Source: Candidatus Blackburnbacteria bacterium RIFCSPLOWO2_01_FULL_40_20 | Lineage (GTDB): Bacteria; Patescibacteriota; Microgenomatia; UBA8517; UBA10165 | Reading direction: 5' to 3' | DNA length: 64,000 nt | Assembly (NCBI GenBank): GCA_001816475.1 | Contig: MHCC01000001.1 | Location: 12,622-76,621 of the forward strand | Shown: piece after piece, positions 1 through 9,191 of the stretch | How positions within the stretch are numbered: position 1 is the first letter of the stretch | Layout: the number at the start of each line of letters is the position of its first letter | Program-made: the position numbers and the translations under genes | Notes under the pieces: model-generated | What the model was told of the DNA's origin: nothing | Database searches by the model: none | Seen by the model: only the letters and a program-made list of their open reading frames with translations

Positions 1-165
1 ACCGCTCACCTCTACATTGCAAATGTAGCGTTCTACCGGATGAACTACGGGCCCCTACTTATCAATTCTTCGGTGGGCCAGCACTTATGTAGTTCAATTT
101 AGCGCTGCCCTCCAAAGCCACTTTTAAGGCGACTTTACCAGGAAGCTTGAGTCCTCTATTTAGTT
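1..165 (-). rRNA. 23S rRNA 3'-domain-like fragment (partial, continues past window start)
   Basis: Minus-sense reads ...AUAGAGGACUCAAGC..UUCCUGGUAAAGUCGCC...GGCAGCGCUAAAUUGAACUACAUAAGUGCUGG. This resembles the E. coli 23S stretch 5'-GAGAGGACCGGAGUG...CACUGGUGUUCGGGUUGUCAUGCC...GGUAGCUAAAUGCGGAAGAGAUAAGUGCUGA-3' (sarcin-ricin loop through helices 98-100). No upstream 23S body is present in the window. Confidence 0.35.
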
Positions 166-180
166 GTTAAGTTATACAAA

Positions 181-208
181 AAAACTGGTCCAGAGACCAG
201 TTTAAACA
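181..208 (-). terminator. hairpin AAACTGGTCTCTGGACCAGTTT followed by TTTTTTT on minus strand
   Basis: Perfect 9-bp stem, 3-nt loop and a T7 run read on the minus strand, downstream of the minus ORF 444..1001. It could instead be the structural end of an intron preceding the 23S-like exon. Confidence 0.35.
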
Positions 209-443
209 CTTTTGAGAAGTACCTACTTTCAGCCCACGACCTAAGGCCGCGAATTGCTTTGGGTAAGTTTAGAAAATATTCTCATTAGGAAAACCAAAAC
301 TCTTGACTAAAAATCCCTTGTCGGGATTACTGCGAGAATTATACAGTGTTACATCCTTAGTGTCAACGCTCAAAGTTAATTTGGGTGGAGTTCTCCCTTG
401 TCCGCCAAAGGCGGATTTTGTTCAAACTCCACCCCTTCACCTC

Positions 444-1001
444 CTATCTCATCCGTTCGCTTGATATTTGCGCTTCAGACAACGATATGTTTCTACAGTC
501 AGCGCAAACTACCATTCTCTCCTTAAGCCACGAATCTCCCTCCGGACCATCAAATGCTTGGACATAGTGTTCAACCACAGGTTGCCCAGAATGGCCAACA
601 GGGCAACTTCCTCTCAGCACTTCCGACAGCGGAATGGCTCGATACCTAGGGGATACCAACTCAAGTGGTCTCCACCAACGTTCGGATGTGTCGTACTCTC
701 TCCATTCCCGCCAGTCCTCAATGACCTTCGTCCCATCTGGAATTAGTTCTTTGACAACTGCCCATTTGCCTTCCTGATCCAGGAAAAAGTATGCATTGTC
801 GCGTTTGCCAGGATCATGCTCCTTCCAGGATTTGCCTAAGGCAGTAAGCACTTGCCCAAAATTCTCCAGGCGAGCAACCTTATTCTCCTGTTCGGTTAAA
901 CATGCCCGTACCTGTGCGATCACTTGTTTTGCGGCTTTTGTCTCCGCAGTGCAGACCATAGCAAGCTCTGAAAGCCCTTGGGCGCCTGTTGGGAATCCCA
1001 C
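444..1001 (-). CDS. hypothetical protein, GC-rich relative to surroundings, no recognisable family
   Basis: 185-aa ORF whose GC content is clearly above the flanking AT-rich DNA. It lies between the intron-like structured region 210-440 and ORF 1162..1632. It could be an intron/mobile-element ORF. Confidence 0.35.
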   Translation of the reverse strand: MGFPTGAQGLSELAMVCTAETKAAKQVIAQVRACLTEQENKVARLENFGQVLTALGKSWKEHDPGKRDNAYFFLDQEGKWAVVKELIPDGTKVIEDWREWREYDTSERWWRPLELVSPRYRAIPLSEVLRGSCPVGHSGQPVVEHYVQAFDGPEGDSWLKERMVVCADCRNISLSEAQISSERMR

Positions 1002-1161
1002 TGTATCCTCCTGTTAGTCAAGGTGCTTGCGTGATTTTAATCCCAAATTAGACCTAAATGCAAATTTTCTACTTCCCCAACTTCCCCTAAGTTCCTTGTT
1101 TGGTTTTTGTAAAATAACTGAAGCTAATTTGAAGAAATGTATCAAACGACACCAACCACAA

Positions 1162-1632
1162 CTAACTGTTCAAGACTTTCTTATCAACCTTTTTCAAATA
1201 CTCTTCCCATTCTTGCCATTTGACCGGATTAAAAATTCCCATTTTTTCTCTTAGTTTAAGAAGCGACAAAATCATTCCAAAAAATTCTATTTCTACTTCC
1301 CGAGCAATATATTCTTGATGTGCTGCACAACTAATGAAAAACGTCCTTGTTTTTTCGTATGGACTTTCCTCCTTGTTTATTCCAGATTTATACTCGATCC
1401 CCGATTCAAAAACAACTTGGGTTTTAAAAAATGTTGAAACGGGTGACAAATCCATTATCCTTTCAAACCACTTCATGTATTCCATGCAGCCTTGGGATAA
1501 TTTACCTGCTTTGTATTTTTGCCAAAATATTTGCGGGTCTAGATTCTTTTCGTCAAGCAAGATTACAACACCTTCAAATTCAGGTTTAGAAGACTCGGGA
1601 ACAAATCGAATTGAACTTCTCTCAATCGTCAT
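1162..1632 (-). CDS. hypothetical protein
   Basis: 156-aa ORF with no recognisable motif. Confidence 0.35.
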   Translation of the reverse strand: MTIERSSIRFVPESSKPEFEGVVILLDEKNLDPQIFWQKYKAGKLSQGCMEYMKWFERIMDLSPVSTFFKTQVVFESGIEYKSGINKEESPYEKTRTFFISCAAHQEYIAREVEIEFFGMILSLLKLREKMGIFNPVKWQEWEEYLKKVDKKVLNS

Positions 1633-1752
1633 TTAGAGAAAATTGTTAAGTGAATAATAGCATATTTCTGAAAACCTACAACAGCTGAAAAATGGTAGTG
1701 TTGTACGAACGTACAACTTGACAACTTTTATGTAATAAGGTATCATTCAGTC

Positions 1753-2010
1753 ATGAGAAGCGTTAATTCTTTTAATCTAAGAAATAATTTATCTGAATAT
1801 CTGGATACTGTTGCAAAAACTGAAGCTTCTTTTGTCGTTAACCGTTTTGGCAAGTCTGTTGCCATACTTTCCCCTTACAAAGAAAGCGGGTTCAAAATTG
1901 AAGAATATTTTGGATTTTTAGGAAAAGGTGAAAGTGGAAAAAAATTTATAGATAGACTTAGAAGAAACTCGAAAGAAAGAGATCGGATTAAAAAACTTAG
2001 AGGAAAATGA
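1753..2010 (+). CDS. Phd/YefM-family type II antitoxin
   Basis: N-terminus LSEYLDTV...FVVNRFGKSVAIL matches the Phd/YefM fold pattern. Overlaps the downstream PIN gene by 4 nt (ATGA). A TTGACA-17-TATCAT promoter-like sequence lies at ~1717-1750. Confidence 0.7.
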   Translation: MRSVNSFNLRNNLSEYLDTVAKTEASFVVNRFGKSVAILSPYKESGFKIEEYFGFLGKGESGKKFIDRLRRNSKERDRIKKLRGK

Positions 2011-2393
2011 CAAAGATTTTCGTTGATACTGATGTTTTAATTGACTACTCCAAGGGCCGCAGTCGCTCCTTTGAAAAACTTCTAGATAAACAGCTTAAAG
2101 GAAAACTCGAATTGTTTATTAATCCCGTTGTTGTTGCAGAATTCATGACAGACAAAAATTTAAAAGATAAGGAAAAACTATCTAAAGCTTTAGAATTTCT
2201 TGGTTTATTTCAAACATTAGACCTGGGAAAAAACGCAGGCGTTATAGCAGGAGATCTCTTGCGTGAGCAAAAAACTTCATTTATCGGGGACGCTTTAATT
2301 GCAGCAAATTGTTTAAACTCAAAGCTCCAGCTTGCAACAAACAACAAAAAACACTTCTCGAAGATTACCCAGCTCGTCCTCTATCCTTCTTAA
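2007..2393 (+). CDS. PIN-domain toxin (VapC-like)
   Basis: IFVDTDVLIDY N-terminal acidic PIN signature plus later conserved D/E residues; translationally coupled to the antitoxin. Confidence 0.75.
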   Translation: MTKIFVDTDVLIDYSKGRSRSFEKLLDKQLKGKLELFINPVVVAEFMTDKNLKDKEKLSKALEFLGLFQTLDLGKNAGVIAGDLLREQKTSFIGDALIAANCLNSKLQLATNNKKHFSKITQLVLYPS

Positions 2394-2454
2394 TAAAACT
2401 TTCGAGGTCTAACATGACTAAACTAACCTTTTCGTGGTAAAATGTAAAAAATTG

Positions 2455-2500
2455 GGTCGTTGGCTCAGTGGTAGAGCGCGTTCCTGATGACAAACGAAGT
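2455..2500 (+). pseudogene. truncated tRNA-Ile-like 5' half (acceptor, D-arm and anticodon arm only)
   Basis: GGGTCGTTGGCTCAGTGGTAGAGCGCGTTCCTGATGAC is near-identical in the D-arm to the adjacent intact tRNA-Ile and has a CTGATGA loop (GAT). No T-arm or acceptor 3' strand follows. Confidence 0.4.
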
Positions 2501-2525
2501 TTGACATATCAAATATTTGCCAAAT

Positions 2526-2597
2526 GGGCCGATGGCTCAGTGGTAGAGCGCCAAACTGATAATTTGGAGGTCCGTGGTTCGATCCCACGTCGGCCCA
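2526..2597 (+). tRNA. tRNA-Ile(GAT)
   Basis: Cloverleaf: acceptor GGGCCGA/TCGGCCC, D-arm GCTCAGTGGTAGAGC, anticodon stem CCAAA/TTTGG with loop CTGATAA, T-arm CGTGGTTCGATCCCACG. Confidence 0.85.
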
Positions 2598-2871
2598 CAC
2601 ATTAGGCAAATATTTGTTATAAGAACGAGGTCGATGGTTCGAGAATTGCGTAGCGTAAGCGAAGCATATTCCAAGGTTCTGCGAAGCAGGTTCTTATCCC
2701 ATCAGCGCCCACTCGAATGGGGAAAGAGGCAAGTTGGATCAAAAGGAGACTAGCTAAGTTTAACAAAGTGCCTAAATCTCTCTTTGGAGCAAATCTTTTA
2801 GAAAGCGAGTGGCGGTTTAATCACCGTAGTGATATAGTAAAAGAAGTCAGAAAACTGGCGCGTTTTAGAAT

Positions 2872-3519
2872 ATGGCAAGAAAGAAAATCATTATCTTCAC
2901 ATTCATATTTGCTTCAATCCTGCTTGCGTTATACTTTATTTTCTTTTCAACTCCGTATTATAAAATCACAACTCCTGTCCGTAAAGACCTTTTTATTGTA
3001 AAATCAGAAAAGAACACTCAAAAACAACAATCTTCTGGTGTAAATTCTGGCATTTGTGCACCTCCTGGCTGTGGAAATCCTTATGGCAGCGAAGGTAGAG
3101 AAGATATTACTCTTTTATTAACTGACGAACAAATCACTTCGTTATTAAACCAATATAAACCAACTTCTGTTTTGCTTACCAATATAAAAGTAGAGTTTTC
3201 CGATCAAACCATTTTTGCTTCAGCAACAAGCCTGTACCTATTTATGCCTGGACAATTATCTATTTCAGCGAGATTATATATTAACCATTTCTATATGAAC
3301 GATGCTTACATAGGGAACATCAAAGCTCCGGGGAAAATTGCTAATTTTATTGAAGCGAATGGAGACAAAATAATTAAAGATATATTTGCTAAGTATGGTA
3401 TTTGGCTTGATCAGATGAAACTAGTCGACGGAAAGTTAAGTTTCAAGGCTAATGTGCCAAAGGGAATGATTACTGTTGACCAAAACGGAACGATATTGGT
3501 TAATTTACAAGAAATTTAA
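2872..3519 (+). CDS. hypothetical membrane-anchored protein
   Basis: N-terminal hydrophobic segment IIIFTFIFASILLALYFIFF; no known motif. Confidence 0.5.
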   Translation: MARKKIIIFTFIFASILLALYFIFFSTPYYKITTPVRKDLFIVKSEKNTQKQQSSGVNSGICAPPGCGNPYGSEGREDITLLLTDEQITSLLNQYKPTSVLLTNIKVEFSDQTIFASATSLYLFMPGQLSISARLYINHFYMNDAYIGNIKAPGKIANFIEANGDKIIKDIFAKYGIWLDQMKLVDGKLSFKANVPKGMITVDQNGTILVNLQEI

Positions 3520-3704
3520 GAAAGCCAAAATAACGGGGCAGAGAAAAATTGATAAATTGGTCCACCTCCACCACCAGTCACAATATACTCCACCCCATCT
3601 GGGGAACACTCGTTGTTTCTAATCTTGCATGTTCTTTCGTAATTGTGTTCATGTCCTGAGGAATATGGAGGATATAGCTAAAAATCTTCTCATATACCAA
3701 AAAA

Positions 3705-3735
3705 CCCGAGCTTGCGCCGGGTTTTTTCTGCGTGC
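3705..3735. terminator. bidirectional rho-independent terminator (A6-CCCGAGCTTGCGCCGGG-T6)
   Basis: GC stem flanked by an A-run on one side and a T-run on the other. It lies downstream of both the 16S rRNA (minus) and ORF 2872..3519 (plus). Confidence 0.45.
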
Positions 3736-3736
3736 C

Positions 3737-3775
3737 CCTAACGTACTCCGATCAGATCGGAGGAAGTGGGGACCT
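3737..3775. repeat. 39-bp hairpin repeat, copy 1 (GCCCCTAACGTACTCCGATCAGATCGGAGGAAGTGGGG)
   Basis: Identical 39-mer recurs at 27816..27854. Internal palindrome CTCCGATC-A-GATCGGAG is bracketed by CCCC...GGGG. Confidence 0.7.
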
Positions 3776-3950
3776 CAACACTCAAAATGTAACTGGGAAC
3801 ATTGTGATTCCGTTAGATTAGCGAGAAACGGTTTTCGTAGATCTCGGGGTGATGATTTTCCCCACATCCAAATAAATTGAATCTGGAGTTTCCAACATCT
3901 CCTTAGAAAGGAGGTGATCCATCCGCACCTTCCAGTACGGATACCTTGTT

Positions 3951-4737
3951 CATGTTCTTCCCCTATTACTAAGGGCATGGACTATATCTTCATCCGCAGA
4001 AAAATGACCTTTTCCGGATGACTGGATCCTATTGTTTTTGCAAAGTCCAAATAAGATTTTGCTCTAACAAAAAATCTCCAATAATTCGGGTCTGCTTTTT
4101 TGCTCGGATTATGCACCACTCCACAGCTTATACCCAACTTTTCTAAATAGTTTCTTACCTGAACTAGATCCTCAAATTTCTTTTGAGCAAAGTACAAGTA
4201 ATAACGAACAGTTGGACTTCTTGAAATACCACCCTCTGTGTCAAAGTAGCCTCTTGTGTAATCAACCTTATCTTGCCTTGTTTTAACTTGAATTCCTTTA
4301 AGAAGTTTCTTGGAAAATTCCACAATCCAAAGATTGCGGTTTTTCCCTTCTTTGTAAATCCAAGCTTTAGATCCAAGACTGAGAATACCTTTTGCAAGAT
4401 ATTCGCAATAAGATCGACTTTTAGAAGCCACTCGATAAGTGGTTTTTCTTTCTGTGGAATCATGCAACGCTCCAAGTAAGTAAGCTTTAGTCATCTTGCG
4501 GCGTCAACGTGTAGTCTCTACGGGGTCAAGCCCTTCGATCCGCCTTTTGGCGGACTCAGGACCGACTTCCCTCGGTATTTTCCCTTTTGTGTAATACCTC
4601 TACTAGGTTGAATTTTAGCTCAACCAACTCAAGTAAGCAAAGCTTGCTTTATGCTTCGCTTCACTACGCAAAAGTAGGAGTTCACCGATACAGTTGAATT
4701 TATCTACACCATTACTAGTGTAGGTCGCAACAGATTC
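3951..4737 (-). other. 16S intron 2 (group I-like), inserted between AAGUCGU and AACAAGGUA (E. coli ~1498/1499)
   Basis: The upstream exon ends in U (CATCAAGTCGT). The intron ends in G (..ACATG) directly before AACAAGGTATCCG. It contains a LAGLIDADG ORF. Confidence 0.6.
3982..4494 (-). CDS. LAGLIDADG homing endonuclease (intron-encoded)
   Basis: Motifs LLGALHDS and GYFDTEGG (LAGLIDADG-type dodecapeptides) in a 170-aa ORF lying wholly inside the 16S intron. Confidence 0.8.
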   Translation of the reverse strand: MTKAYLLGALHDSTERKTTYRVASKSRSYCEYLAKGILSLGSKAWIYKEGKNRNLWIVEFSKKLLKGIQVKTRQDKVDYTRGYFDTEGGISRSPTVRYYLYFAQKKFEDLVQVRNYLEKLGISCGVVHNPSKKADPNYWRFFVRAKSYLDFAKTIGSSHPEKVIFLRMKI

Positions 4738-4809
4738 ACGACTTGATGCTAGTTGCTGAACTTACCTTTGGGTCGCCGAGGGCGACACTTCAGGTACTTC
4801 CAACTCCTC

Positions 4810-5316
4810 TCATCTGACGGGCGGATTGCGATCCAATAAGGTTTTGGTCGCGTTCCCACCCGGCGAGCGGATTTCCCGCACCGGGCGAGACCCAAGATTC
4901 ATCCTAGACTTCAATTGTAGAACGAGCTTCAATCCCCTCTTGTTGTTGTGCCTTTTATCTCTAACCAAAAGTGCGATCTTGCGAAAAATTTTATAATTTT
5001 CAACTTTTACACTTTGGAGATGATGAGCGTCAAAAAAGGGTATTAAAACTTTACGTATGTCCTCCTGAGAGTTAATCTCGTATCGATAACATTGGCTGTG
5101 ATTTCGACGCTTTTCCTTTTGGTGGTATACTGCGCCACATCCAAAGAATTCCTCAACTTTCTTGAGCAAAGACAGTTCATCTTCCCTCATTTTTATATAA
5201 AAGTGAGTCATCACACCATGTTTTGAACGAGAATAACGTTTATCAGGAGGTCGGATGCCAACATAAAAACATCCTTCTCCATCCGTTAATCCTACAATGT
5301 AGTCTGGTGAAAGCAT
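4810..5316 (-). CDS. LAGLIDADG homing endonuclease (intron-encoded; reading frame runs 15 nt into the downstream exon)
   Basis: N-terminal IVGLTDGEGCFYV is a classic LAGLIDADG motif. The ORF's last five codons (NPPVR) are read from the 16S exon CCGCCCGTCAGATGA. Confidence 0.85.
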   Translation of the reverse strand: MLSPDYIVGLTDGEGCFYVGIRPPDKRYSRSKHGVMTHFYIKMREDELSLLKKVEEFFGCGAVYHQKEKRRNHSQCYRYEINSQEDIRKVLIPFFDAHHLQSVKVENYKIFRKIALLVRDKRHNNKRGLKLVLQLKSRMNLGSRPVREIRSPGGNATKTLLDRNPPVR

Positions 5317-5692
5317 AGGTAACTCCCTTTATCACCGCTGCGTCAATAATTCCAGTATATTTCACCGAAATAAAATAATCAACAGCAGTAACTAATATGG
5401 AGTAGCTGACTTCTCTTAAGGCCTTAACCTTCATCCTTAAGAGATCTCCCTAGGTCACTATCGCTTCTGTTCCAAGCATCCAAGTTATGCCACTTCCCCA
5501 AAACACACCGCTTGGGTCGATTTGGCACCCCGATATCGATCGGAGCTTGGCTGCTTTTTGCCTCAGGCCCTCCAGCTGGTATCTCACGATAACCCAGCCT
5601 GCCAATTCTTTTTGGCTACTCCTCCTCATGTTTAGAGGAGGGAGTGGATTTAAACCACTTAGGAACAATAGCTGCTAGGCGCGCTTTAATTT
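4825..5692 (-). other. 16S intron 1, inserted between TTGTACACA and CCGCCCGTCA (E. coli ~1398/1399)
   Basis: Universally conserved 16S sequence resumes exactly on either side of the insertion. Intron type not established: the boundaries do not show the canonical U / omega-G pattern in my reading. Confidence 0.55.
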
Positions 5693-6161
5693 TGTGTACA
5701 AAGAGCGAGAACGTATTCACCGCGGTATAGCTGACCCGCGATTACTACCAATTCCGCGTTCATGCAGGCGAATTTCAGCCTGCAATCCCCACTGAGACGC
5801 CTTTTGATGAGATTAGCTCCGCCTCGCGGCTTGGCAACTCATTGTAGGCGCCATTGTAGCATGTTTGTAGCCCCAGACATAAGGGCCATGCTGACTTGAC
5901 GTCGTCCCCTCCTTCCTGTCCGATAAAATCGGACCTGTCCCGTATGAATATTTAACATACAGCAGGGGTTGCGCTCGTTACCTCACTTAAGAGAACACCC
6001 CACGGCACGAGCTGACGACAGCCATGCAACACCTGTCCTAACGCTCCGGTTTGCACCGGAGGGCTCTGACTTTCATCGGAGTTTCATTAGGATGTCAAGC
6101 CTGGGTAAGGTTCTTCGGTTCGTGTCGAATTAAACAACATGCTCCACTGGTTGTGCGCTCT

Positions 6162-6210
<49 letters not shown>

Positions 6211-6254
6211 CTCGCTTAACGCGTTAGCTTGCGGAACAGATCTCGCAAAAAATA

Positions 6255-6440
6255 CAACGTATTTTTTGCTCAAAACCCAAAATACGAAATCCTAAATTCG
6301 AAACAATATCTAAATTCTAAATTCAAATAATTAAACGTTTTGAATTTTAGGATTTTTAGATTTTGAATTTGTTTCGTGCTTCGATATTCGTGCTTTGAAT
6401 TTCTCGCAAAGAATGTATTCTTTGCGAGACCTATCCCAAG
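6255..6440 (-). repeat. AT-rich ~185-nt expansion segment inside the 16S (E. coli ~840 region)
   Basis: Inserted between GTAAACTATG... and GCTAACGCGTTAAGC. Self-complementary halves (AAATCCTAAAATTCAAAACG ... CGAATTTAGGATTT) predict a long hairpin. Built from AAATTCAAAAT-like units similar to the intergenic GAAAATT iterons. Confidence 0.5.
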
Positions 6441-7560
6441 CGAGCATAGTTTACGGCTAGGACTACAGGGGTCTCTAATCCCTTTCGCTACCCTAGCTTT
6501 CGTCTCTCAGCGTCAGAATCTTTCTAGATGTTCGCCTTCGCCGTCGGTGTTCCTCGTAATATCAACGGATTTAACCCCTACACTACGAGTTCCAACATCC
6601 CCGAAAGATCTCAAAGTTCACCCGTATTCTCCGATATCCCAGAGTTAAGCTCTGGACTTTAACAGAAAACGTGGCGGACCGCCTACAGACTCTTTACGCC
6701 CAATAAATCCGGACAACGCTTGCACCCTCCGTATTACCGAGGCTTCTGGCACGGAGTTAGCAGGTGCTTATTCTACAACCTGTATGATTGTCAAAAGGAG
6801 TTTAAGACCCGAAGGCCTTCTTCCTCCACGCGGCGTCGCGGGATCAGACTTGCGTCCATTGTCCACGATTCCCAGTTGCTGCCACCCGTAGGTGTATGAG
6901 CCGTGTCTCAGTCTCATTCTGGGGGGCCGTGCTCTAACACCCCCTACCCGTTATAGCCTTGGTAGGCCGTTACCCCACCAACTAGCTGATAGGCCGCCGG
7001 CTCTTTCTTCGGTGGACCGTTAAGTCCTTTGCTCTTGCGAGATTATGCGGTATTACCCCCGCTTTCGCGGGGCTATCCCCCACCAAAGAGTAGATTCCGA
7101 CGTGTTACTCAGCCGTCTGCCGCTATCCCGACTTGCGTCGGAATCGCTCGACTTGCATGCTTAAAGCGCGCCGCTAGCGTTCGTCCTGGGCCAGGATCAA
7201 ACCCTCAAAAAAAATTGACATGATCAACTCCGATTTACATCGGAGCAACCATGGGTTCCCAGTTACATTTTGAATGTCAAAGAGCAAATTGCAACGCAAT
7301 TTACGATGCACCCACCGATAAATCTTGGCACGAGGCGTGTACGAATAGTACCCGCAAGCCGAGTGCGAAGATAAGGCGGGAAGGTACGCATGGTCTCTTT
7401 AAACCAAAAATCCACCACATGGCGGATTAAACAAGCTTTTTAGGCTTACTGGCTTACTCTTTTCCCATGTGTTTGAAAAGTATACTCGATTCCCTATCAA
7501 TAGTCAACCATCCGTTTAGTGTAAACACATATTTGCAAATACATATATAATAGTGTTGAA

Positions 7561-7953
7561 ATGGCCGAAAGAATAAAAGTTTTAACAGTAGAAAACGATA
7601 AAAGAATCGCAGAGGTAATAAAAGACATTTTAGCTTTTGAAGAAATCGAAACAGATCGTGTGACTTGGGTTAAAACAGCAGACGAAGCAATTGAGGCTTT
7701 AAAAAGCCCAGAAAAACCTTCAATAATCATATTAAATTTGGTTCTTGATAGTGGAATTGAAGAAAGTTGGCAATTTATAAGATATGTAAGGTCACCAACC
7801 TCCCCATTTCGCGATGTTCCAATACTGGTTATAACCGGCATGGACGCATCGGACGTAAAAATGACTTGCAAAACTTTGGGGGTAGAAGGATTTTTAGCCA
7901 AACCATTCGCCATTGAAGATCTCTTACAGAGTGTAAAAGAAGTATTAAAATGA
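7561..7953 (+). CDS. response regulator receiver-domain protein (CheY-like, no output domain)
   Basis: KVLTVENDKRI...D...ILNLVLDSG...ILVITGMDASD...K follows the receiver-domain D/D/T/K pattern. Overlaps the downstream kinase gene by 4 nt. Confidence 0.75.
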   Translation: MAERIKVLTVENDKRIAEVIKDILAFEEIETDRVTWVKTADEAIEALKSPEKPSIIILNLVLDSGIEESWQFIRYVRSPTSPFRDVPILVITGMDASDVKMTCKTLGVEGFLAKPFAIEDLLQSVKEVLK

Positions 7954-9137
7954 TGACTGAAGAAGAAACAGGTATCAAGACAATCCCAAAGTCTTCCACA
8001 GACTCCGCTGAACGTGAGTCCAAAGATCATTTGCGCGTGTTTGTTGCAGAAGCCGGAACCTCAGAAGTTGCGAACAGTGCATCGTTTGAGGTATTACGAA
8101 AAACCTTAGTTGCAATAAACGCGTGCGGTAGAATCTCAAGAGCATATCAAGAAAATCCTGTAAAAGACCAGTTTAGTTTATTATCGAGGACCGACGATAT
8201 TGAGACGGACTCGAGAGTATTAAGAAATATTTGTCAGCTGGCAGTTCCTTCCGACAGTACCGCTTCTGAGCTTTTGTTACAACAACAAGAAGAACGGTTT
8301 AACGAGATTGCACATCAAGAAGAGTTAAGATATGGGAGACATTTCCCTACTGAAACTGCAGCACTAATAATTCCTGACGAAAAAACTTTAAAAGAGCTAA
8401 CTCAAACACTTGCTGATTTAAGGCACGACTTGAAAAACGCAATGTGCACTCTTCTGCCAAGAGTACAAATGGCAAGACGCGGGATAAACATAGACATTGC
8501 ACTTGAAAACATAAATTACTCATTTAATAAGGTTGGAGAGCTTACAGAAAGCGCTACAAGCTTGATCGAAAAATCTTACCCAAAAGAAAAATTGTCAACT
8601 TCAGACGTCGCAGCAGCCCTTAAAGAGTGTCTGAAAAAAAATAATCCTGCAGAAAAATCTTTAAGTATTAGCGTTATCGAGTCAGAAGAATCTCAAGATT
8701 CAATAGTGATCTGGTCGCAAAGTTGGATATCGCGTCTTGCAGCAAACATTGCCCAAAACACATTAAAGGCTTACGATGCCCGTGACGAGCTATCCCCTGA
8801 AAAAGCAAAAGGCCCAAGAATTCTTTTGGCCAGTATGCGAACAACCAAAAGTGAAAACGGGGCAAGATGTTTGAGAATTGAAGTTGATAACAGAGCCATA
8901 AAAATGCCAGATGAAATAATAAAAAATGGATTCCAAAGAGGTCTCTCGTTTTGGCCAGGAAGTTCTTTGTCGGGAGAAGGAAGGGGTATGGCCTCAGACA
9001 GTAAAACTCTTCAAGAGCAATATGGAGGAACAATTAAGGCTGAAAATATTGCTAACCAAGCGGGTGAAATAATAGGGGCAAGAATTATCATTGAAGTGCC
9101 GATCGTCAAAGATGCACCTGTGGCCTACCCATATTAA
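7950..9137 (+). CDS. sensor histidine kinase (cytoplasmic; HisKA + HATPase_c)
   Basis: H-box LRHDLKNAMCTL. C-terminal G-box-like GRGMASDSKTL...GG. No transmembrane helices. Confidence 0.65.
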   Translation: MMTEEETGIKTIPKSSTDSAERESKDHLRVFVAEAGTSEVANSASFEVLRKTLVAINACGRISRAYQENPVKDQFSLLSRTDDIETDSRVLRNICQLAVPSDSTASELLLQQQEERFNEIAHQEELRYGRHFPTETAALIIPDEKTLKELTQTLADLRHDLKNAMCTLLPRVQMARRGINIDIALENINYSFNKVGELTESATSLIEKSYPKEKLSTSDVAAALKECLKKNNPAEKSLSISVIESEESQDSIVIWSQSWISRLAANIAQNTLKAYDARDELSPEKAKGPRILLASMRTTKSENGARCLRIEVDNRAIKMPDEIIKNGFQRGLSFWPGSSLSGEGRGMASDSKTLQEQYGGTIKAENIANQAGEIIGARIIIEVPIVKDAPVAYPY

Positions 9138-9147
9138 AATTAAGTCG

Positions 9148-9186
9148 AGAGAGGGGTCATGGAGGACGTGACCCCCCTCTCTTGTA
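9148..9186. terminator. bidirectional terminator hairpin AGAGAGGGGTCA..TGACCCCCCTCTCT
   Basis: 12-bp GC-rich stem between the convergent genes 7950..9137 (+) and 9192..9755 (-). Confidence 0.45.
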
Positions 9187-9191
9187 GATTA

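Noticed and set aside
2418-2609. ORF 2418..2609 (minus, 63 aa)
   Set aside because: Entirely overlaps the tRNA-Ile gene and its truncated duplicate on the opposite strand.
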